DNA from: Candidatus Omnitrophota bacterium
GTDB lineage: Bacteria > Omnitrophota > Gorgyraeia > JAHJTE01
Direction of reading: 5' to 3'
Assembly: GCA_018830005.1 (NCBI GenBank)
Contig: JAHJTE010000001.1
Span: forward strand, 385,332-449,331
Length of the DNA stretch: 64,000 bases
Shown here: piece after piece, positions 48,313 to 57,988 of the stretch
Numbering within the stretch: the first letter of the stretch is position 1
Layout of the letters: the number at the start of each line of letters is the position of its first letter
Notes under the pieces: generated by a model
Told to the model about the DNA's origin: nothing
Databases searched by the model: none
The model's input: only the letters and a program-made list of their open reading frames with translations
Translations under genes and position numbers: made by a program

Positions 48313-48657
48313 ATGGACAATATATCAGGCGATATGAAGTCTCTTTGTGAAGATATCGCTACGTCCCATGGAGACAGAAAGAGAAGCATAAAAGATTTAA
48401 AGGAACAAGCGATGGCCATCAGAGATAACGCCAGGAAGTTCGTAGGCCACTGCAGAAAAGTTCATAAGGAAATGGCCGAAGGTTTAACGAAAGGGCTTAG
48501 CGAGGATAGAAAAGAGCTGATCGGAAATGTGTTTTCTTTAAGGGAAGATTTTAGAAAGAAGGAAAAAGAGATCCGCGCCGATTTGTCCGAGGCAAGCAGA
48601 ATCTGGAATAAGATGAATAAAACTTTAGAATCCAAGAAAAGAGGTGAAATAAAATGA
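48313..48657 (+). CDS. Short GvpC-like helical protein
   Basis: N-terminus resembles 47130 ORF (MK.L.E.I..S...R); HKEMAE repeat. Confidence 0.5.
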   Translation: MDNISGDMKSLCEDIATSHGDRKRSIKDLKEQAMAIRDNARKFVGHCRKVHKEMAEGLTKGLSEDRKELIGNVFSLREDFRKKEKEIRADLSEASRIWNKMNKTLESKKRGEIK

Positions 48658-49628
48658 TTGATGAGATGACTACAGTATTAGAGCCAAGTCCTTTGTCAGA
48701 TTTTGTGGAGACAAAGTACATCAAGGGTATCACCAATAGGGCCCTTGCCTATATAAAGGCGGATTTTCCGGTCCATTTTAGAGGGATATCCGGTTCCGGC
48801 AAGACCACGTTGGCTATGCACATAGCCAGTAAGATTAAAAGGCCGGTGGTTATGATTCACGGAGATGAAGAATTCACTACTTCTGATTTGGTAGGCGGCG
48901 AGTATGGCTATCGAGTTAGAAAGGTCGTAGACCGATTTATCTCAAGGGTATTAAAAACAGAAGAGGATATGGTAAAACGCTGGGTTGACAACCGCTTGAC
49001 CGTTGCCTGTAAATACGGATTTACTTTAATCTATGATGAATTCACCCGTTCTCGACCTGAAGCGAATAACATCCTTCTTTCAATCTTACAAGAGAAGATG
49101 ATGGATCTGCCTGTGGGAAGAGGCGGAGAGGAACCGTATTTGAGGGTTGACCCGGAGTTTAACGCTATCTTTACCTCTAACCCCGAAGAATATGCCGGTG
49201 TCCATAGGAGCCAGGATGCTTTAAGGGACAGGATGATTACCATGGACCTGGATTACTTTGACTATGAGACAGAGGTGGCCATTACTAAGGCAAAGTCTAA
49301 ACTCTCAAAACAACATGCTGAGATAATAGTCAATATCGTAAGGGGCTTAAGAGAGTCAGGAAAGTGTGAGTTTGCTCCCACTGTTCGCGGCTGTATTATG
49401 ATTGCCAAGACCCTTAAAGTCCAAGGCATTACCCCTATAAGAAGCGCCAATGGGGCTTTTACGCAGATGTGTCAGGATATATTGGCTTCTGAGACAAGCA
49501 GGGTCGGCTCAAAGACTAATCAGGACAGGGTAAAAGGAATAGTTAAAGAACTTGTCAAGAAAGAAGTCGGCACCGGGGAGACTATTAGTGTTAACAAGGA
49601 GACAGAGAAAGAGGCCGTTATTGCTTAG
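48654..49628 (+). CDS. gvpN: Gas vesicle AAA+ ATPase
   Basis: GSGKTTLAMH, WVDNRLTVAC, YDEFTRSRPEANN, TSNPEEYAGVH..QDALRDR. Confidence 0.96.
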   Translation: MIDEMTTVLEPSPLSDFVETKYIKGITNRALAYIKADFPVHFRGISGSGKTTLAMHIASKIKRPVVMIHGDEEFTTSDLVGGEYGYRVRKVVDRFISRVLKTEEDMVKRWVDNRLTVACKYGFTLIYDEFTRSRPEANNILLSILQEKMMDLPVGRGGEEPYLRVDPEFNAIFTSNPEEYAGVHRSQDALRDRMITMDLDYFDYETEVAITKAKSKLSKQHAEIIVNIVRGLRESGKCEFAPTVRGCIMIAKTLKVQGITPIRSANGAFTQMCQDILASETSRVGSKTNQDRVKGIVKELVKKEVGTGETISVNKETEKEAVIA

Positions 49629-49639
49629 GGAGGTGGAAA

Positions 49640-49807
49640 GTGCCGCTTTTACGAGTTTTCTCGAAGATTGATGATAAAAATAAGATTACGATACCTCGCG
49701 GTATCCGTAAGGAGCTTAATATTAAGCCGGGCGATAGGTTAGAATTAACGCTTGGCGGAATAAATAAGGCAAGGAAATTGCTTGTCTCAAAATTAAGAGG
49801 GAGATAG
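49640..49807 (+). CDS. AbrB/MazE/SpoVT-family DNA-binding protein (55 aa, absent from ORF track)
   Basis: KIDDKNKITIPRGIRKELNIKPGDRLEL; RBS GGAGG. Confidence 0.8.
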   Translation: MPLLRVFSKIDDKNKITIPRGIRKELNIKPGDRLELTLGGINKARKLLVSKLRGR

Positions 49808-49811
49808 GCCA

Positions 49812-50117
49812 ATGAAAGGGATACAGCAAGTAACAAGCATTAAAGAGGTAAAAAGCATGCATTCTGTAGGCGCCAGGTCAATTCCTAAAGCGCAAAGGTC
49901 TGCCTATCTGGACTTGTACATAAATAGAAGAGAGAAAGATAGGCTTGAGAAAGAAATCTTTGTATTGGACAAAAGAAGAAACACCGCCAAAAGACTTTTA
50001 GACTCTATCAATAAGCGGATTGAAAAGTTGCAAGCTGAGACACACGGAGAACAGAAAATTAAGACTTATAGAAATATCCCCACAAAACCCCTGAAAACGC
50101 TGTCTATACAATATTAG
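49812..50117 (+). CDS. Coiled-coil gas vesicle accessory protein (GvpV-like)
   Basis: AYLDLY...EKDRLEKE coiled coil; position after gvpN. Confidence 0.55.
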   Translation: MKGIQQVTSIKEVKSMHSVGARSIPKAQRSAYLDLYINRREKDRLEKEIFVLDKRRNTAKRLLDSINKRIEKLQAETHGEQKIKTYRNIPTKPLKTLSIQY

Positions 50118-50206
50118 GCCCTTTCTTTTCTCGCTCAACAAGCTTTTATTTAGCGGGATCCCGCTCTGCGGGAAAAGGATTAGGAAGGCCTATCTTTGTA
50201 GGATTA
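50113..50206. repeat. Composite palindromic element, copy 2
   Basis: ATTA-flanked outer element with nested CCCGC double hairpin. Confidence 0.85.
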
Positions 50207-50235
50207 GTGGGCGGCAAAAAAAGGTGGCTTAAAGC

Positions 50236-50616
50236 ATGTATTGGAAGACATTTGACTGGAAGAGCCAAAAGGTTGGTCGAAAAGGCGAGGTCCTTAACAA
50301 GACGAGCTATAAATGCGGATTTTGTAAAGGAACGGGACTTATGCCCTCTAAAAAAAGCACACGATGCCCTGCCTGTTTAGGTGCCGGAACTGTAAAGGTT
50401 TCGTCACCAGCGGTTATTTGCGCCTATTGTAGTGGAGAGGGGCGCTCGCTCTTGAACAGAGATCTTACCTGTCTTATTTGTAAAGGGAAAGGCGTGGTAA
50501 GCATAAGCAGTAAAGATATCGAATCCTGCCCGGCCTGTAAGGGCAGGGGTAGAGAAAAAGGAGTGGATCTGTCCTGCTTGATGTGTAAAGGGAAGGGGAT
50601 TGTTCCAAAGAAATAA
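50236..50616 (+). CDS. Second DnaJ-type zinc finger protein
   Basis: Six CxxCxGxG motifs. Confidence 0.85.
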   Translation: MYWKTFDWKSQKVGRKGEVLNKTSYKCGFCKGTGLMPSKKSTRCPACLGAGTVKVSSPAVICAYCSGEGRSLLNRDLTCLICKGKGVVSISSKDIESCPACKGRGREKGVDLSCLMCKGKGIVPKK

Positions 50617-50683
50617 TTTTATCGTACTTATATTATATTGATAGATGAGTTTACATAATTACATGTTAGAGGGAGGAATATAG

Positions 50684-51202
50684 ATGGCAAGAGAAAAGAA
50701 AAAAAAGGAAGAAGAAATAGGTTTTGATTTTGGCATTGGTGGTTTATTTAAAGGCATTGAGAAGTTGGTTGACCTTGCGGCAGATTTAAAAGAAGCAGGC
50801 GGTGAAATCAAAAAAGAGGGTGAGATAGACCTAAGCCATCTTAAAGAAGGTATGAAGGGAGTTTTTGGTTTTTCTATAAAGACTGCTGTGGGAGGCAAGC
50901 CTATAGTCGAACCATTTGGTAATATTAAGAAGACCCCTAAAGGACCTACGGTTGACGAGGAAAGGGAACCGATTACTGATCTCTTTGATGAAAAAGAAGA
51001 GATTAGGATTTATGCAGAGATGCCTGGAATAAACCAAGAGGATGTAAAATTGGATTTAAAAGGCGATATCTTGGATATTTCCGCTCAGACAGGCGATAGA
51101 AAATACCACAAGGAGATTCTGCTTCCGGCAAAGGTTAAGACCGAGACTATCACCTCCAGCTATAAAAACGGTATTTTAGAAATAAGCATAAAGAAATGTT
51201 AA
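50684..51202 (+). CDS. Hsp20/alpha-crystallin protein (GvpH-like, archaeal-type Hsp20)
   Basis: PFGN, REPITD, AEMPG, YKNGILEI. Confidence 0.88.
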   Translation: MAREKKKKEEEIGFDFGIGGLFKGIEKLVDLAADLKEAGGEIKKEGEIDLSHLKEGMKGVFGFSIKTAVGGKPIVEPFGNIKKTPKGPTVDEEREPITDLFDEKEEIRIYAEMPGINQEDVKLDLKGDILDISAQTGDRKYHKEILLPAKVKTETITSSYKNGILEISIKKC

Positions 51203-51260
51203 GGCCCTTCCTTATAAGGATTAGGAAGGCCTATCCTTGTAGGATAAGAAGAAATGCTAA

Positions 51261-52199
51261 ATGGCATTAGTCGGATTAAGGGAAGATGCGTTAAAATTAA
51301 TTCTATTTGGTGGGAAGGGTGGTGTAGGAAAGACGACCTGTGCCTCAAGCACAGGTCTTTATTTAGCCAAACATTTTAAAACATTACTCTTTTCTACAGA
51401 TCCGGCGCATTCACTCTCTGATAGTTTAGGGCAGAAAATCGGCGATGAAATAAAAGAAGTTAAAGGTATAAAGAACTTAAGCGCTCTTGAACTAAGCGCG
51501 GAAAAGGCTCTTTCTAAATTTAAGGTTGAATACGAAGATGAGATAAAGAAAATATTGGATACCTCTACGTATTTAGACCAAGAAGACATTGATTCCATCT
51601 TTGCTTTGCCCATTCCAGGAATGGATGAGGTGATGGGTTTTAAGACCATAGTCGACTTAATAGAAGAAGCGAAATTTGATAAATACATTGTAGATACAGC
51701 ACCTACAGGTCATGCATTGCGACTTTTGACTCTACCAGAACTATTCGATGACTGGATTAAAGTTATGGCAAAGATGAGATGGAAGTATAGGTATATGGTT
51801 GAGACATTTGCGGGAAAATATAAACCTGATGAAGGTGATGATTTCCTATTAAGTATGAAAAAGACAGTGAAGAGAATAGAAAATCTTCTTAAGGATCAAA
51901 GTAGGTGTGAATTTATAGCAGTTACCATTCCAGAGGATATGGCGATTTCAGAGACAGAGAGATTGTTAAATAATTTGAGTCGCTATGGCATAAGGGTAAG
52001 GCAATTAGTAATAAATAATGTAATAGAGTCAAGAGATTGCAAGTTTTGCAGAGAAAGGAGAAAAGAGCAGGAAAAATATATAAGCCAGATAAGAAGAAAA
52101 TTTGGTAATCTAAAGATATCGATTACTCCATTGCAGCCTAAAGAAGTCAAGGGCATAGATGCTTTGAATAATTTTTCCCGCTTACTAACTCCTCTATAA
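51261..52199 (+). CDS. ArsA/GET3 family ATPase
   Basis: GGKGGVGKTT, STDPAHSLSD, DTAPTGH, CxxC. Confidence 0.92.
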   Translation: MALVGLREDALKLILFGGKGGVGKTTCASSTGLYLAKHFKTLLFSTDPAHSLSDSLGQKIGDEIKEVKGIKNLSALELSAEKALSKFKVEYEDEIKKILDTSTYLDQEDIDSIFALPIPGMDEVMGFKTIVDLIEEAKFDKYIVDTAPTGHALRLLTLPELFDDWIKVMAKMRWKYRYMVETFAGKYKPDEGDDFLLSMKKTVKRIENLLKDQSRCEFIAVTIPEDMAISETERLLNNLSRYGIRVRQLVINNVIESRDCKFCRERRKEQEKYISQIRRKFGNLKISITPLQPKEVKGIDALNNFSRLLTPL

Positions 52200-52262
52200 G
52201 AGGCGGGATTCCGCCTTATATTAAATGATTGGCGGGAAAGGAATTTTCATTTCAGTAATATA

Positions 52263-54398
52263 ATGAAGAAAAACAATAATTCAATAATACTAAAAGTTAA
52301 AGAGGCCCTATCTAAAGATGTAGGTAGGGCAATTGCCAGGATCGACCCTGAGGATATAAAAATTTTAGGTATAGAAGTAGGTGAGATCATAGAGATTAAA
52401 GGCAAAAGAAAAACCCCTGCGAAAGTGATGCCTTGTTATGCTGAGGATAGAAGAAAAAAGATTATTCAGATGGATGGAATCTTAAGAGAAAATTCTAAAA
52501 TAGGATTAGATGAAAAGGTCAAGGTTCACAAAACTGACTTTAGGCCCGCCAGCAAAATTACACTTTCTTCTTTAACTATCTCGGGGTTGCTTCAAAGAGA
52601 AAAAGATACCAAATATATTGGTTCCCTTATCGAAGGATTACCTGTAACTTCTGGTGATAAAGTAAGAGCGAGATTATTTGGCACCAGAACCTCTGATTTT
52701 AAGGTAGAAGATACAATCCCTGACGGAGTTGTATTAATTAGCCCTACTACCTTAATAAGGATGAAGGCAAAAGGAGTTAAGGAAGAGAAGGCCAAAGTCT
52801 CTTATGAAGATATAGGTGGACTTGGTACCCAAATTCAAAGAATCAGAGAAATGATTGAATTACCCCTAAAATATCCTGAAGTTTTTGAGAGATTGGGTAT
52901 CGAGGCACCCAAAGGTGTCTTCTTGTATGGACCACCGGGAACCGGAAAGACTCTAATAGCTCGGGCAGTGGCTAATGAGACCGATGCCTATTTTACTCAT
53001 ATTTCAGGTCCACAAATTATGGGGAAGTTCTACGGAGAATCTGAAGGAAGATTAAGAGAAATATTTGAAGACGCGCAAGCCCACGCCCCTGCCATAATTT
53101 TTATTGATGAGATAGATGCAATCGCCCCTAAGAGAGAAGATATGGGCGGCGAGAAACAGGTTGAGAGGCGCGTTGTGGCGCAGCTTCTCTCGTTGCTCGA
53201 CGGATTAGAGTCCAGAGGCCAAATTATAGTCATAGGTGCGACAAATATACCTAATACTATAGACCCTGCCTTGAGAAGGCCCGGTAGATTCGATAGAGAA
53301 ATTTCAATTCCCATACCTGATAAGAACGGAAGATTAGAGATCCTCGAGATATACACGCGAGGTATGCCTTTAGCAGAAGACGTCAGCTTAGAAAAATTGG
53401 CTGAGATTACTCATGGTTTTGTGGGAGCCGACTTAGAGGCCCTGGCACGAGAAGCCGCGATGAGCGCTTTAAGAAAGATTTTACCCAAGATAGACTTCGA
53501 AATGGCAGAAATTCCTTATGAGACGTTGATGAAATTAGAAGTGACGATGGATAATTTTAGGGATGCCATGAAAGAAGTCGAGCCTTCGGCCATACGCGAA
53601 GTCTTTGTCGAGGTTCCGGATGTAAAATGGAGTGATATTGGTGGTTTGGAGAATATAAAAGAAGAGCTGAAAGAAGCGGTTGAATGGCCGCTGAAATATT
53701 CCGATGTTTTCAAAAAAGCCAATACAAATCCGCTTAAAGGAATACTTCTTTATGGAGTTCCCGGCACAGGAAAGACGCTCCTTGGGAAGGCAATCGCTAC
53801 TGAAAGCGGGGTTAACTTCATCTCAGTAAAAGGCCCTTCTTTGATATCCAAGTATGTAGGAGAAAGCGAAAAGGCTATCCGCGAGGTTTTTAAGATAGCG
53901 AAACAGGCTTCACCTACAATTCTATTTTTTGATGAGATAGATAGCCTTGTTCCCAGAAGAGGTTCAAGCAGTACAGATGCCCACGTAACAGAGAGAGTAA
54001 TAAGCCAGTTCTTAACTGAGATGGATGGGATTGAGGAACTTAAGGGGGTGGTGGTTTTAGCTGCGACTAATAGATTAGATTTAGTTGACCCAGCGATGCT
54101 ACGAAGTGGCAGATTTGACCTTTTACTTGAGCTGCCTTCACCAGATGAAAAAACCAGAGAAGAGATATTTAAAATACATACTAAAAATAAACCACTGGAT
54201 AAGGATATTGATTTGAAAGAATTTGCTAAAGTGGCCAAAGATAGGGTGGGTGCTGATATTGAGTTTATCTGTCGAAAGGCTTCTATGTTTGCGATAAGAG
54301 AATTTATAGAGAATCCGGAAAATAAAAAAGATGGGCCAATTATTAAGAAGAAACATTTTGAAGAGGCTATCAAAATAGTAAGCAACCAGAAAAAATAA
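52263..54398 (+). CDS. CDC48/VCP-family AAA+ ATPase
   Basis: CDC48 N domain; two AAA modules GPPGTGKT and GVPGTGKT; RPGRFD. Confidence 0.95.
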   Translation: MKKNNNSIILKVKEALSKDVGRAIARIDPEDIKILGIEVGEIIEIKGKRKTPAKVMPCYAEDRRKKIIQMDGILRENSKIGLDEKVKVHKTDFRPASKITLSSLTISGLLQREKDTKYIGSLIEGLPVTSGDKVRARLFGTRTSDFKVEDTIPDGVVLISPTTLIRMKAKGVKEEKAKVSYEDIGGLGTQIQRIREMIELPLKYPEVFERLGIEAPKGVFLYGPPGTGKTLIARAVANETDAYFTHISGPQIMGKFYGESEGRLREIFEDAQAHAPAIIFIDEIDAIAPKREDMGGEKQVERRVVAQLLSLLDGLESRGQIIVIGATNIPNTIDPALRRPGRFDREISIPIPDKNGRLEILEIYTRGMPLAEDVSLEKLAEITHGFVGADLEALAREAAMSALRKILPKIDFEMAEIPYETLMKLEVTMDNFRDAMKEVEPSAIREVFVEVPDVKWSDIGGLENIKEELKEAVEWPLKYSDVFKKANTNPLKGILLYGVPGTGKTLLGKAIATESGVNFISVKGPSLISKYVGESEKAIREVFKIAKQASPTILFFDEIDSLVPRRGSSSTDAHVTERVISQFLTEMDGIEELKGVVVLAATNRLDLVDPAMLRSGRFDLLLELPSPDEKTREEIFKIHTKNKPLDKDIDLKEFAKVAKDRVGADIEFICRKASMFAIREFIENPENKKDGPIIKKKHFEEAIKIVSNQKK

Positions 54399-54409
54399 GG
54401 AGGTTTAAA

Positions 54410-54568
54410 ATGGTAAAGATTATTGAGAAGATTAAGAATTTCTTTTGTGGTAAATTTGTATGCAAAGTTAAAAAGCCTGCCCAGCCGGCAGGCGGGGAAG
54501 AGCCTCAGCCCAAGGCTGATCAGCCTGAGGCTGATAAGACAGAGCAAAAGCCCCAAGAGCAGAAATAA
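54410..54568 (+). CDS. Small hypothetical protein (52 aa, absent from ORF track)
   Basis: RBS GGAGG; MVKIIEKIKNFFCGKFVCKVKKPAQPAGGEEPQPK... Confidence 0.55.
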   Translation: MVKIIEKIKNFFCGKFVCKVKKPAQPAGGEEPQPKADQPEADKTEQKPQEQK

Positions 54569-54801
54569 TAGATTGAGCTTCTTTTTTTCTTCTTCGTTGT
54601 TTTCTCTTCCCCCGAATGTAGAAACTTCATAGAAGTTTTTACTTCGGGGTCCCGAATCCATTCGACAAGCTCAGGATTCGCACTGAGCAAAGTCGAAGTA
54701 CGAAGTGACACTTCGTAGAATAACTTCATTCGGGATTTGCCGCATAAGTTGCCTTAGGGGAGAGGCCTGCCAAGCCTCCTCTTAAGGCAAAAAGGTATGT
54801 T

Positions 54802-55851
54802 ATGGGAAAGATGGGTAAATATATTTATGGAATTATCCCTCGCCATTGCTCGGGACAGGTAAATTGCATTGCAGAAAAGTCTTTTGACTCGTTTCTAGCT
54901 AATAGCAGCGAGGAAGTTTGTACTGTTTCATTTCAAGATATAGCTGCAGTAGTAACTGACTCTGAGATAGTCGATTATACCCGTTTGCTTAAGGATGCGG
55001 TAGCCAGATACTTGATTAAGCATCAGCAGGTAATCGAAAAGCTTATGGAAAACTTTACGATTATTCCGATGCGATTAGGAACTTTTGCCAGTGATGAAGA
55101 CGAGGTGAGATATATTTTGGCTAAAGCCTATCCGAGGGTTAAAGACATATTTAATAAGATATCTGATAAGATAGAAATTGATGTAGCAGCTACATGGAGC
55201 GATTTTAATTCCATTCTTAAAGAGATTGGTGAGGAGAAAGAGATTAAGGAGATTAAAGAAAGGCTTTCAGCTAATCCTAAGGGCGTAACTCTAGACGAGC
55301 AGATGAAAATAGGGGTTATGGTTAAGAAGACACTGGATAAAAAAAGAGAAAAATACGCTGGACAGATACAAAAAGCTCTAACGCCTGTTAGCCAAGATTT
55401 CAAAGCGCATGGCCTTATGGATGATAAGATGGTGGTAAATTCTGCCTTTTTAATAAATAAGCATGAGTATGAAGATTTTGAAAGAATCATTGAAGAGCTA
55501 AATACTGAATTTCATGATGAGTTAAATTTTAGATGTGTAGGTCCACTTCCACCCTATAGCTTTTATACGCTTGAGGTAAAGAAGATGCAATTTAAAGAAT
55601 TAGATTGGGCGAGAAAGAGACTCGGACTTGTAAATGACTTTGTAACCAAAAGTGAAATAAAAAAGGCTCATCAGGCAAAGGCGTTTGCTTTGCATCCGGA
55701 TATGAATCCAAATGTCCCTGGCATAGAGAGAGAATTTGATGATGCCACCAAAGCCTATAAAACTTTATGGGAATATTGTCAGGGAGATAGTTGTTCTTTT
55801 AATGAAGATGAATTCAGGAAGAATGCAATTTTAGTAAAGGTGAGGGAGTGA
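54802..55851 (+). CDS. GvpL/GvpF family protein with C-terminal J-domain
   Basis: KYIYGII, HQQVIE, PMRLG, GPLPPYSF, then IKKAH...LHPD...AYKTL. Confidence 0.88.
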   Translation: MGKMGKYIYGIIPRHCSGQVNCIAEKSFDSFLANSSEEVCTVSFQDIAAVVTDSEIVDYTRLLKDAVARYLIKHQQVIEKLMENFTIIPMRLGTFASDEDEVRYILAKAYPRVKDIFNKISDKIEIDVAATWSDFNSILKEIGEEKEIKEIKERLSANPKGVTLDEQMKIGVMVKKTLDKKREKYAGQIQKALTPVSQDFKAHGLMDDKMVVNSAFLINKHEYEDFERIIEELNTEFHDELNFRCVGPLPPYSFYTLEVKKMQFKELDWARKRLGLVNDFVTKSEIKKAHQAKAFALHPDMNPNVPGIEREFDDATKAYKTLWEYCQGDSCSFNEDEFRKNAILVKVRE

Positions 55852-55923
55852 TAGTTCAACAGGCTCTGGATCTTTTAAAGGATGCTGAACGAAGTCGAAG
55901 CAGGCAAAATCGAAGAGATTGAC

Positions 55924-56694
55924 ATGGAAAAGGAAGGTAAATATATCTATTGTATAATTGGCACAAAGCAAGAGAGAAACTTTGGGCCTATAGGGATTGG
56001 TGGAAGAGGAGATGATGTTTTGACTTTCGGCCATAACGACCTGAGTATGGTTGTGAGCAGCCACGCTATAACTAAATTTGTTGTTAACCGGGAGAATATG
56101 CTTGCCCATGAAAGGGTGATTGAGGAAGTGATGAAGGAATTTGACAGCGTGCTTCCGGTCAGGTTCGGGACTATTGCTTCAAACGCCGATGAGATAAGGA
56201 ATCTCCTGGGCAGAAGATACAGAGAATTGAAGAACGCGTTACGGGATTTGGACCACAAAGTAGAATTGGGCGTTAAAGGCGTATGGAAGAATATGGAGAT
56301 TATTTTCCAAGAAATCACCCAAGAAAATAAAGGAATCAGGAAGGCAAAAGAGGAAATTCAGAAGGATACTAATAGAAAAAACATCCAGGCTAAAATGGAT
56401 GTAGGTAAGATGGTGGAGAAGGCCTTGGAAAAGAAGAAAGAGAAAGAGGCGGAAAGAATCGTAGATGCATTGCGAAGAACAGCCTCTGACTATAAATTTA
56501 ATAAGACAATTGGCGATGAGATGTTTGTGAACGCCGCCTTTTTGGTAGATAAAGGCAGGGAAAAAGAGTTTGATAATATAATGGATGACTTAAGCGATGA
56601 GCATAAGGAGAGAGTGAAATTTATGTATACGGGGCCTTTGCCCGTATTTAACTTTGTCAATATTGTCATCTATCCTGAGGAGTGGGAGAAGTAG
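55924..56694 (+). CDS. GvpL/GvpF family protein
   Basis: GKYIYCII, HERVIEE, LPVRFG, GPLPVFNFV; likely start ATG 55924. Confidence 0.92.
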   Translation: MEKEGKYIYCIIGTKQERNFGPIGIGGRGDDVLTFGHNDLSMVVSSHAITKFVVNRENMLAHERVIEEVMKEFDSVLPVRFGTIASNADEIRNLLGRRYRELKNALRDLDHKVELGVKGVWKNMEIIFQEITQENKGIRKAKEEIQKDTNRKNIQAKMDVGKMVEKALEKKKEKEAERIVDALRRTASDYKFNKTIGDEMFVNAAFLVDKGREKEFDNIMDDLSDEHKERVKFMYTGPLPVFNFVNIVIYPEEWEK

Positions 56695-56697
56695 TTA

Positions 56698-57465
56698 ATG
56701 CAGACAGCTACAAAAGAAGGTAAATATATTTATTGCATAATAAAAGCAGGTGAACATAAAACTTTTGGTCCATTGGGGATTGGTGGAAGAGGAGACGAAT
56801 TACATACAATTTGTTTTGACGATATAGCAGCCATGGTTAGCAATTCTCCGACAATAAGCTATTCAGTTTCAAGGGAGAATATGCTTGCCCATGAGAAGGC
56901 GATAGAGGAGATAATGAAGAAGCATACGGTTTTGCCGGTCCGATTCTGCACGATCGCCCAGGATGAAGATAAGGTAAAAAAGATATTAGAAAAAGAGCAT
57001 GATAAATTTGCCGAGTTATTAAAAAGTATCGAAGGTAAAAAAGAGCTCGGACTAAGAGCGATATTTAAGGAAGATGTTATATATAAGGAGATAGCGGAAA
57101 AATACGAAGATATTAAGAAACTTAAAAAAGCGCTATCGTCTGAGCCTCCGGCAAAAACCTACTATCTGCGCGTGGAAGTTGGCAGGAAGGTTGAGGCTGC
57201 CTTGGAAAAAGAGAGAGATATCTATAAAGAGGAGATTTTAAATACGCTTTCACCGCTGAGCCAGGATATGAAGGTCAATGCTTCCTATGGCGAGCTGATG
57301 ATTATAAGCGCCGCCTTCCTGGTAGAAAATAGCAGAGAAGCGGAATTTGACCAAAACGTTCAGGCCCTTGCGGACAAATCTGGCGATAAAATGAAATTTA
57401 AATATACAGGCACGTTGCCGCCGTTTAATTTTGTGAATTTAGTGATCGAAACAGGGAAATACTAA
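56698..57465 (+). CDS. GvpL/GvpF family protein
   Basis: GKYIYCII, HEKAIEE, LPVRF, PPFNFV. Confidence 0.92.
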   Translation: MQTATKEGKYIYCIIKAGEHKTFGPLGIGGRGDELHTICFDDIAAMVSNSPTISYSVSRENMLAHEKAIEEIMKKHTVLPVRFCTIAQDEDKVKKILEKEHDKFAELLKSIEGKKELGLRAIFKEDVIYKEIAEKYEDIKKLKKALSSEPPAKTYYLRVEVGRKVEAALEKERDIYKEEILNTLSPLSQDMKVNASYGELMIISAAFLVENSREAEFDQNVQALADKSGDKMKFKYTGTLPPFNFVNLVIETGKY

Positions 57466-57466
57466 A

Positions 57467-57703
57467 GTGTTTTTAATTGATGATATTTTACTTGCACCAT
57501 TAAATGGTATAATCTGGCTGGGTAAAAAGATTAATGAAGTGGCAGAGAAGGAATTTTCTGATGAAGGGCTCATAAAAGAGAGACTCATGGAAATACAGCT
57601 TAAATTTGAGCTGGACCAGATCAGCGAAAAGGAATATAACAAACAAGAAGCGGAACTTTTGGCGCGATTGGATGCTATTAGAAAGGCAAAAGAGGAGGCG
57701 TAA
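57467..57703 (+). CDS. gvpG: Gas vesicle protein G
   Basis: LLAPLNGIIW, ISEKEY..QEAELLARL. Confidence 0.9.
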   Translation: MFLIDDILLAPLNGIIWLGKKINEVAEKEFSDEGLIKERLMEIQLKFELDQISEKEYNKQEAELLARLDAIRKAKEEA

Positions 57704-57704
57704 G

Positions 57705-57968
57705 ATGGCTATTATAGATAATACCAGAAATGCGGTTGTTAAGTTTTTAAAAGAGACCCTTAATGTAAAAGATGCGAAGGTGATTAAGGCGATAAAGGTT
57801 CCTGAGGGTTGGGAAGCTGAGGCAGAAGTATATGAGGAGAGTTCATTTATAAAGTCCCTTGGACTTCCAACTAGGGTACAGGATAGGAATATCTACGCTG
57901 TTAAACTGAACGATACTTTAGAAGTCTTATCCTACGAACGCAAAGGGCAAGCAAGGTTAACCGAGTAA
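57705..57968 (+). CDS. gvpO: GvpO-like gas vesicle protein
   Basis: GWEAEAEV.E, IYAVKL..LEVLSYER; start ATG 57705 after GGAGG. Confidence 0.7.
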   Translation: MAIIDNTRNAVVKFLKETLNVKDAKVIKAIKVPEGWEAEAEVYEESSFIKSLGLPTRVQDRNIYAVKLNDTLEVLSYERKGQARLTE

Positions 57969-57988
57969 TCTATTAAGGTGCAAAAAAT

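Noticed and set aside
51261-52199. Arsenic resistance operon
   Set aside because: Single-domain ArsA with no arsR/B/C/D nearby; embedded among gvp genes
53750-54661. 303-aa minus-strand ORF and the many other antisense ORFs in the track
   Set aside because: Shadows of well-supported genes on the opposite strand, with no motifs
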